Source of the DNA: Setoptus koraiensis
Taxonomy: Eukaryota > Animalia > Arthropoda
Reading direction: 5' to 3'
Assembly: GCA_048013815.1 (NCBI GenBank)
Contig: CM106586.1
Coordinates: forward strand, 13,516,001-13,580,000
Length of the DNA stretch: 64,000 nucleotides
Shown here: piece after piece, positions 50,701 to 61,537 of the stretch
Layout of the letters: every line of letters starts with the position of its first letter
Position numbering within the stretch: position 1 is the first letter of the stretch
The notes under the pieces: generated by a model
The model's database searches: none
What the model saw: the letters and a program-made list of their open reading frames with translations, nothing else
What the model was told of the DNA's origin: nothing
Translations under genes and position numbers: made by a program

Positions 50701-52559
50701 CCAACAACAACAACAGCCCCGTGTGCCAATAATATGAGATGCCTATGCACAAATATCCGCCGCTGAGCCGGCCCCAGTAGATGCGGGCCCCAGCGAGTGT
50801 GTGTGTTAGTGTGTGTGATAATCCCATCCACTTAAATGCTTACAAACTAGCCAGAGCGCCACTAGAGCCGCCAGTTTTGGCGGCTCTAGTGGCTCTTGCT
50901 GGCAGCGGCGCGGCACGCACTTGCCGGGCACAATTTGGCTGGCTTCGTTTGGCGCCCTCAACTGGCTCCCAATCGGCCGAGTGTGGCACTAAAATGGGCC
51001 CCATTCTGGCGCTACAATGGGCCGACTGTGGCGCCACAATCGGCCAGACAGCCAGTCTGGCGCACGTCGCCCGAATGGCGGCCCCAAATGAGCGACACTC
51101 CAGGTGAGCCAGCCAGCCCGTCCGTCTAGCTAGCACAAAAGCGGCCAGCCTGGCAAAAGTGGGCCAAGACACGCCACAACAAACGACGACACGACGAACA
51201 ATCCAGATAGAGAGATCGCACTATTGATGCTGACTTGACAATGATACCTCCGCCAGGTTGCCAGTTTATTGGGGGGTGGGGGGGGGCCGGCGCCATTCAG
51301 GCGACGTGAGCGCTGCTCGCCTGAATAAGCGACAGTTTGCCGGGGATAAGAAAAGGGGCCAGCCACTCATATGCTGGCTGGCTCACTGGCTCACTGGCTC
51401 TCTCACTGGCTGGCTCGGTCGCTGGCTGGCTCATTGGCTGGCTGGGGCGACGGGGGCCGGCCTGGCGAAGGGGCTGGCAAGGGGGCCGGCGACGGGCTGG
51501 CGACGGGTTGACGACGGGGGCCGGCAACGATTTTTGACGATTGCGCATAAATGCATGATGCGCATAACTGTCTGGCGAGCTCTTTTTTGCCCATAGAGCA
51601 CCAGGGGCCCCCACATGCACACCGCTGGCGTGGCCAGTGCAGTGGGGGCCCAGCGTGCTGTGCGAGATTTACGCGGCGCAAACAAAGACTACGGCGATAA
51701 CGGGCCGATATGGCGCACATGGGGCGCGAGTGCGCAACTCGCCAGCAACTGGGGCCAGGGGCGCGATATTGGCGAGCGAGCGAGCGAGCATCAAAAAAGT
51801 TGGGCTCGTTCGTGCGCGCGCCAAGTGATAGCAGCAGCAGCAGCAGCGGCGCGAGCCAGAGTGCAAGTGGATAACGGTAAAGTTGAGGCTTAATTTATTT
51901 TAGTTAGCGGAACAGAACAGATCGAGATTGTTGTTTGTTGTTTGCAGAGCTTAGCCGTTACACGTCGCACATTACCAGTCAGACATTACGAGGCGCGCCA
52001 GCGAGACATTACGAGATACTTCGCGCCAGCCAGCCAGCCGCCAGCCAGTCAGCCGAATAGCCAGATATTGCGAGGCCAGCCGATACCGCGAGCCGGCCCA
52101 ACAGCCAGATATTGCGAGGCCAGATAGCCAGCCAGTCAGGATAATCACCATTAATGAACTGTCATTAGCTTATATATTAATGAACACACACACAATACAC
52201 AGAGCAGCAGTGCACGCAATGACGTTTGGACGAGCCAGTGGTGTTGTTGTTGTCGGCGTTGTCGTTGTTGCGCGCCCATACATGCACATCGGTGCAAAGC
52301 AATATAAATATATTATGTAATATTGTTGCGCGACAACGGCCACATCACACACCGTCTGACAATAAGTGTACAACAACAACAACAACATTACTACTTATGC
52401 AAACTTGTATGACTCATAGGATAGCCGTGTCATTTTGGCGTTGCTCGCATCGCAATATCAGCATTCATCAGAATAGCAGGTGAATATCGACGACGAATCA
52501 TTGGCTCATTGGCCAGCTCAGCCGGCGACAAGTGCGACCAGCTCGCCGATCGAGCCACA

Positions 52560-55500
52560 ATGCAGTGCTCACACCAAAATGAAGACCATGCTGATTATCG
52601 CGGGGGCGTCGCGTCCCAATTGGACAAGCAGCAGCAGCATCAGCAGCAGCAACACAGTGCAATCGCCACAACAAAGAGACAATATCTGGCTAGCCAGAGA
52701 AAATCAATTTCATCATCGGCTGTCGCTCATTGGTCGGCGGCGTCGTCGTTGTCGCCGGTGACAGCCGGCCAGCAGCAACAGCAGCAGCAGATCAATCAAT
52801 CCATTGAGCTGTCGCTGAATGATAGCTTGCGTCCACCACTGCAAACAACAACAAACAAAATGACAACAACTCATTATGATACAAGCGAGTGGTCAGAGGT
52901 AAGTAACGGTAAATTTGGCAATTTTGTTGCCATTGGCGCACACACAAATCAAAGTGAACAGCAAACAAGCAGCACAACGTCGATCACAACAACGTGCAAT
53001 ATTACGTGCAATTTGCAGCAAAACAACGAATCGCCAACAGATTCAGGTAACAGTTCCATACTGACCAGTTCCATGTCGTCGTCCTCTTCGAATTCCATTG
53101 CGTCTGGCCACGAGCAGCACCAGCACCAGCAGCAGGCTCAGCGCCAGCAGCACCAGCAGCCCCATCATCACCCAAATCATAATCATAATTCATATCGTCA
53201 TAGGCGTCATTCTTATCAAGTGTCATCATCGCAGTCTAACAGTGGCGCCACTGTCGCCATTAGACAACACAGCCAGAGAAGCAGCGGCAGCAAAAATCTA
53301 TTTGGGCAGCATCGTTCATTAGTGTCATCAATTGATGTAGATATAGAGACATCATCGGCGGCAGCAGTAGCACAACAACAAATTATCGAATCGGATCAGA
53401 TCACTGCCAATCAGACAGTTACAATCGACAGTGAGGCCAAACAATTGAACGCCAGCAACAACAACAACAGCAACAACAACAGCAACGACGATGCCACAGA
53501 CAACATAATGTTGCAAGAAAACAACAACAACAACAATCAATTAGTTAACAGCAACAACAACAACGCAATGAGCAACAGCAGCGACAACAGCAGCAGCAGC
53601 TGTATGTCGCCATTCAATAGTAACAGTTACATTACATCATCGTTTTCGGCGCCAAGCTCGCGTTCGGCGTCGTCGTCTTCTTCTTCCATGGAAGTGCAGC
53701 CAGCGGTGGTTGCAACAACAAACGGCACAACAACAGCAACATTGCCAACAGAAACAATGACAACCGCATCCAATTTATGTTATATATTGTCCAGTGACCA
53801 CACCAATATTACTTGCCAATATATTAGCGGCACAAGCCGCGCCAGCAACAATATCGATAATTTTATTATTAACGATACCAGCAGCAGCAACAATAATGAT
53901 GATGATGACAAGAATGATACGACGTCTTTTATACGCCCTGATGATTGCATTTCGTCATTGACAGCCGCAGCGGCAGCAGCAGCAGCAACAACAACATCAA
54001 GTGCACAATCAACTGGCCAATTCACTCAATTATCCATGCAGTGCACCAGTGCCAACAACAGCAACAACAACAACAACAACTCGGCGCCCCAAACAAACCA
54101 ATGCGCTCATAAGCTCATCGAACAGTTATTGCTGGATAATTGCAGTAATAAAATCAAAAGTTCCCTCCACAACAATAATGCCAATACAACGAGCGGCCCA
54201 CACAACAACAATTGCCGGCGAGCCCCGATCGGGCAGGCCCAATTGATGGCGCAATGGGGCCACCTCAGATCACCGAGAAAGAGATCATTAGAGTGCGCAG
54301 AAAAGGTCCACTCACTGACAGCAAGCACAACGAGCACAACGGGGCCAACCAGGCCAACGAGGGGGCCCCCTTCGCCAGCAGCAGCAGCCGGCACAAATCG
54401 CCATAAAGCCGCCAACAACAATATTAGCCGATTGGCTCGTTTGTTGGGCGCAACGCGCCTCGCCAAACACATCAGAGCGGCGAGGTCGCTGAGACAATTA
54501 AACGATTACATGATGCAAGACCATTTAGATTGGCACCAAACAATTTTGATGCCGCTGACCAGCGCAATGAGCGCGGCGCTGGCGCAACAAACATTGGCGG
54601 CCGGTTGCCCTGTGTTGGGCGCCGGTTTGGCCGCATCGGCCCGTTCGGCCGGTTCGATCAGTTTGGCCGGTTCGGTCAGTGTGGCCAGTGAAAACAACAA
54701 ACGTATTTGTCGCGACAATGCAACAACAGCAACAACAACCGCCAGCGACTTGATGATGGCGATAAATGATAATGATGAGCCCACTGTCATGCGTCAGCAA
54801 ATAGTCGACGAAACAGACGAAACGGACGAAACGGACGAAACGGACGAAACGGACGAAATGGACGAAATAGACGAAATAGACGAATACAATAATTATTTGA
54901 GCGAGTGCGCCACGAAAGGGCGCCCACAAGCCACCATTGTCGGACACGGCAATTCATTTAAATGGTCGGATAAAAAGAAGAGAAGAAATGATACAGAAAT
55001 TTACAATAACACTAATAATAATAGTAGCAGCAACTGTAACAGTAGATACACTAGTTTGCAATGTGTTACTACTCTGTCGGACACAACAACAACTACAACC
55101 GCCATTGATAATATAGAGTGTTTGCCATTAAAATTAAATGATGATTATGATCGTGCCAGCAACGGCAAAAGTGCCACTGCTGCCACGGGGGCCGCCGCCA
55201 CCGTCGCCGATATCAGTTTATATGATCACGACAACGATAGTCGACTCAGACTTAACCCAGCGGCGCCACTGCCAACAAACCCGAACCCGAACCCAAATCC
55301 AGCCCCAGCTCCAAATCCAATGCACCCGTCAGCTGACTGTCAAAGAGGCGAGCTATTAGAGTTGATCTTGCCAGCAGCAGCGACAACAACGAGTGCGGGG
55401 GAATGGCCTCGCTCTACGGGGGAGGAGGAGGCTGTTGAATGGAGGCGAAAAAGAAAAAATTGCCCTTGCCGTTTGTGGCGATCAAATAAATGGCAAGAGG

Positions 55501-56306
55501 CATCTATTAGGGGAGCCACAGCGACGGTGTTATGTTGTAAGTGTTATGTAAGTAGTTGCAGCTCTAGTAGCGAGTTGCACGGTGCTTTAAATTGGGCAAA
55601 CAACCAGCCGCCAGTTGAACATGATTTTGTGGGCCCCACCAGCGACACTAGAAGCCAAAAGATGCCGAGAGGGGGCCAGCAAAAAGTTGGCCACTGTCGG
55701 TGGGGCCCCAAAAGTGGGGCCCACTTGCCAGGCAAAAACAGTAAGTTGCGCTGGCATTACAGGCACTACAGGAATTACGGGCACTACAGGCACTACGGGC
55801 ATTACGGGCACTACAGGCACTACAGGCACTACAGAACCGACAAGCCGGCCCAAAATACCCATTACCCCGCTTATCTGGTTAGATCGTTGGCTGGCAGTTG
55901 GCGCTGTTGCAGTGAGTTGGCCAGCAGCAGTTGTGATGCCAGCAGCAGCGGCACCAGCTCAAATGGAGATTTCAACAATTTCATTCCAATCCATTTCAGC
56001 GACAACACCAATAATAGACAGCGGCAGCAACTTGAATTGCAACTGCACCAACTAGAACAAGTGGATAGTCCGACCGGCGGCTCGGTTTCGAATTGCACGA
56101 GCCACTGGCGACGGCCAGTCGAGTGTCGGTGCAACGAACAAGCGGATAAGAGCCAGCGAAGAAGAAAAAGAATAAGAAGGGGGCCGCCATATTACGAGGG
56201 CGCCCGTGGTGGCGCGATCATCAATACAACGGCGACAACAAGATTGCGCACTGGCGACAATCGTATTTGTGTCGTTCGTTGTAGACGCCAGCAGCGCCAA
56301 CAACAA

Positions 56307-56344
<38 letters not shown>

Positions 56345-59300
56345 ACAGCAACAACAACAACAACAGCGACAGCGACAACAACAACAGCGACAACAACAGC
56401 GACAACAACTGCAACTAGAGAAAGAAATTAGACTCAAGATGGGCCTCGCTCGCCGCCGCCATGACGAGTATCAGTGTCAATTGTGCAATGATAGGGCCGC
56501 TTATCGAGCCACTTTTTCTGGTTTCGGCAAGCGAGCGCATATGGCCTCGTGGCAAGAGTGTGGCCAGTGGGCGCCGTCTATTTACAAGACGGCGAGCGAG
56601 GGTGCACAAGCCGACGACGACGACGACGACGACGACGAAGAGGGAGAGGGAGAAGAAGACATCAAACGGCACCATCATGATTATGACAAACAGACAAGTA
56701 TTGCAAACAAACAAGATAAGACCACGAGCCACGTTTATCCGGGCCACCCTGATCCAGCCAGTTCCTCCAGTGAGCTCGGCCACGGGCCACCAATCAAAAG
56801 AGCAAACCAATCCAAAATATCTACTCAATATCCATTCAATGGGCCCGTCGCTGGCGAAATAAACTGGCCCCATCGCTGCGCCCGTCGCTGTGCCCGTCGC
56901 TGTGGTCTCGAATCGGGCTGCTCGGGCCGTTGGGGCCCGAGCCATTTGGGTAGCGCCCAAATAAAAGGGCATCCACATCACAGTGACGATGATGATGGCA
57001 TCAATAATAATCACATGAGTGCGAGTGATACAAGCGGCACAGATGATGCATTTGCAAACAAGCCCATGACAGGCGGCCTAGACGCCAGCGCGACAAGCAG
57101 CCAGTCGCAAGCAAAGGGAAACAACAACAACGACAACAACAGCAACGACAGCGACAGCAGCAACGACAACGACAACGACAACGAAACAGATATAACGACG
57201 AAACGACGACAAACAGCCAACATGACGGCAGCAATGGCAACTGCAACAAAAGCACCGAGTAAACAACTCAAAAGTAAACAACGGCAACAACAACAACAAC
57301 AGCAACAACGGCTCAACAACATGCACACTAATGATGCTGGTCCGATGATGCAAGGCTTTTCATGCCGGCCAACAGACCTGCTAGCTGGCCAAAATGAGCA
57401 GCGCCGCTGCGTGAATGAGCGGCCGCGATCTAGCCGTCGGTCGTGGGCCAACAAACAGCTAGATAGTGGCAATTGCGTAACTGCTGCTAACACCAATCCA
57501 AGCGGCAACCCAAACAACAGCAACAACAACACCGACAACGACAACACTGCAACAGCAACCACATCAGCTGTCCGCTCGACTGAAACTGTTACCCCGTGGG
57601 GCCCCGGGGCGCTGGCGAGCCAGCTCGCCAGCGAGCTCGAAACAACGACGACAACAACAACAGCGACAACAACAACGGCGGCAACGGCAGCGGCGCCAAC
57701 GGAATCAGCGCGGCCCCAATTTGGACAATTTTGCTGGCTTGCCGGCCGCTCAGAGCGGCCACTGGCGGCTGACAAATTGTGCAGCGAACAGCTCACAGGG
57801 CCCGGCTCAAATAGAGTAGTAAGCCGCTCAACGTGCTCGCTATCATCATCGCGAGCGGCACCGTTGGCGTCGCCATCGCAACCGCGGGCGCATGCAGGGG
57901 CCGCCGACGGTGCGCTTATGCAACAACCGCAACAACTGCAAACAAAAACAACAACAAACAACGACTCGGCCATTCATGGGAACAAGTGCAATAATAATAA
58001 TAATGATAATAATGATAATAACAACAAAGATAATGATCGTGGGCGGCCGTGGCCTTATTACGAGTGCGGCGGCGGCGGCCAGCAGGTTAGTGAGAAACAA
58101 TTGACCAGTGTCAGATCGCCAGCAGCTGTTGTTGTGGCGCAACACACACATAATGACGTAATCGAACAGCAACCACAGCATCAACAACAACAGCATCAAC
58201 AACAACAGCATCAACAACAAGCAAAACAACCACTGACAACAAATGCTGGCGAGATGCTGTCGCCCCGTCGTCGTCGGCCAGCAGCAGATATGCCGCTGGC
58301 CAGCGGCAATGATGAGCACTCGCTGTGCGAATACGAGCCGTCGCTGCTGCTGGCCATGCAACGGGGCGCCCCACACAAGCACCCTACCGGCAGTGACACA
58401 AATCAGCGCCAGCACCAGCAAACAACGACAACAACACGCCAAGACCCTTGCAACAGCAAGACAACAACAAACAAGCAGCCCAGCAGCCATTATTATTGGC
58501 GCCTCATGCAAGATTTGCCGTCGCGCTCCTCCTCGTCCTCGTCCAATTCGTGTCTGGCCAACGGGGCCCCGTCGCCGGGGCCCGCGTCACCCCTGAACTT
58601 GCCTTACGAGGCGTCGTCGCCGTGCCTGTCGGATATGTCCGAATTGTCGCCCACTCTGTCGGAATCGCTGCACTTGCCCACAATGAGCTCGTCGTCGTCA
58701 TCGTCGTTGTCGCTGTCGAAAATCGACCACGACGATGAGTTCAACAACAACAACAACGACGACGACGACATCAGCGACAACGTCGACAACGTCGACAACG
58801 TCGACAACGAGGCCGCCAATTGGTGCAACCTGGCGGACACCACCGAAAGTGATACAAAACAGCTGATCAGAAATATTGACAAGTGGCAGTGTCACCTGAG
58901 ACAAACACTGACAGATTGCAGCGTCGACTGTGATGAGCTCGATAACGGGCCCCAACTGCTAATGTGGCGCCTGTCGTCGTGTCAGGGGCAATTACGCTGC
59001 TGCGACAAGCAGTCAGAGAGGGGCCAGTTGCGCAAATCGCCGCTGGCCGGCGACAACGTTCTCGAGGCGCTAATTGCGAGAGGTGCAACGCTTAATTGCG
59101 CCAACAACAATGTGATAATGGCATCGTGCGCCGACCAGCAACAACAGCCGCCGCATCAGTTTAGCCAGGCAGACAAATTAGCGGCGCTTCCGATCTGCGA
59201 TGCCATCGGTAACTGCGAGTCCATTTGTAAGGGTCATTCCGTGACCAACTGTGATTTTGCTGGCAAGCCGGCAAGCTCTTCCTATATTTACACGGATATG

Positions 59301-61504
59301 ACGGCAGCCGGTAGGCCGGACAGAGCGGGCGGATGCGCGCTAGCGGGCTACTCGAGCAACCGCACCAGCCAGACGATAGATGAAGAGGACACAAATTCAA
59401 TTTTGTATCTATTGGAGGGCGCGCCAGCGTCGGATTGCGGCGGCCAGCTGAGCGGTGCCTGTTCGGCGGCGGGTGTCGCCGATCGGTGGAGCCCGCTGAG
59501 CGACGGCTGCCACTCGGCCGCATCATCGGGCGGCCCCTTCGAAACGGACCGGCCCGACGGTCGCGGTAGCGCCGGCAAGCTGCACTGCTGCAGATCGACT
59601 GACAGGCAGGGCTGGCAAGCCCAACAACAACAGCAACAACAGCAGCAACAGCAGCAACAGCAGCAACAGCGGCAACAGCAACAAACGCACCAGCGCCTGA
59701 AACAACAGCAACTGCAGCAGCCGAGGCATAATCAATTAGAGCTGCTGGGCTCATCGTGCCCCAAGAAGCTGGCCAGCCAGCTCGACGACGACGACGACGA
59801 CGACAGTGAGCAGCAGCGACAACACCAGCAACTGCAATTGCAACTGCAACAACAGCGCCAACAACAACAACAACTGCAACAGCAGCGCCAAATGGCCGAG
59901 CAAAGAGCAGCGGACGAGGACGACGATTATTTCTACGACGAGGACTTTGCCGCCGATGATGAAGCCTGCACAACAGCAACAACAGCAACAGCAACAACAA
60001 CCACAACAACAGCTAACCATTTCGGTCTGGCCGTAGTGGGGCCAGCGGCCCAATTATCGTCGCTAGTCAATGGGCAAATCCAAAGCGGTCAAGCGTCATC
60101 AAATGGCGGGCGTGTTTTGCCTGGGGCCAGCGGCCAACAAGGCAGCAGCAGTAGCAGCGTTTGTGGCCCCAGCACAACTGACACTGTAACGGGTAGCGGT
60201 GCCGTTAGAGCTATTAGAGGCCGGGTTGCTTGTTGCAGTTGCGTCAGTTGTTGTAGTGGTCGCTCATCAGCGGCCACCACTGGGCCCCAGACCCGGGCCC
60301 AGGCCCAGGCCGAGCCGCAGCCTGCACGAGCTTCCTTGGCAGTGGCGCTCGTGCAAGCCCTGACATCATCAGCTACACGCGGCGCCGTCACGACAACAAC
60401 AACAACAACAACAACATTACATCAGCTTGGCTTGGGCCCCCGCACAACCGCTACCAGCACTGCACAGGCCGCCGGCAACAACGACAATGAGCACAACAGC
60501 AGCAACAACAACAACAACGACAACAGCAACAACAACGACAACAGCAGCAGCAACAACAACAACGACAACAGCAACAACCCCCTCGACGACAGCTTCAGCC
60601 TGGCCGGTTCACCAGTGTGCGCTAAAAGCGAGGGCGCCCATACAGCAACAACGCTGGCCAGCAGCGCCGCTGTGACAAATATCAATATTATTAATACAAC
60701 AACCGGGGATGGAAAACATTTGGTTGAGCGGCCAGCTCGAGATGGCGCCTCGTTTGTTTGTGTGTCTGCTTGCGACGGACAACAACCGCTGACCGCCGAC
60801 TGTCAGTGTGGCGGCGCATCGGGCGGAAGTGAGCGAGCTGACTGTGGCAGCAGTGATTGCGGGGCCAGTTGGTCAGCAGCGCCGTTGCGTTCATCCAGTC
60901 AATTGGTTGAGCATAGTCAAATGGACAGCACAACGTCAATAACCGCAGCAGCAGCAACAACGACAACAACAACAGCGACAACAGCGACAACAACGACAAC
61001 GACGACAACAACAACTCGTGGCGATGCCAATTGCTGTGCGGCCAATTCAAGTGAAACTGAAACTAATTCAGATGAAATCGACCAAGAGCCATCGGGGCTT
61101 GTTTGCGGCCACACAGCGTTTGCGTCTGGATGCGCCGAGCCCCCCAAAGTGGACAGCAGCGCCGCCAGTGGCGGGCCGCTCAAGTTGGATGGCGCGTCAA
61201 ACAAGTGGCATAACGACCACTCGGCCTATCATGACAAGGTGCATGAGGGCGAGAGTGCATCATCGACTCTGGCGGCCACAACAACAACCACAACGACAAC
61301 AGCAACTGCGCCAACAACAGCAGCAGCAACTGCGCCAGCAACAACAACTGCGCCAACAACGACAACAACTGCGCCAACAACGACAACAACAGGGGCCTCG
61401 TTGTGCAGCCAGATAATCAATAATGCAGGCGCCGACAACGACGCTTCTCAAGCGGCCCCACAGGCCAAATTGAAAATTTGCCATTATTCAGCTCAGCCGC
61501 AGCC

Positions 61505-61537
<33 letters not shown>

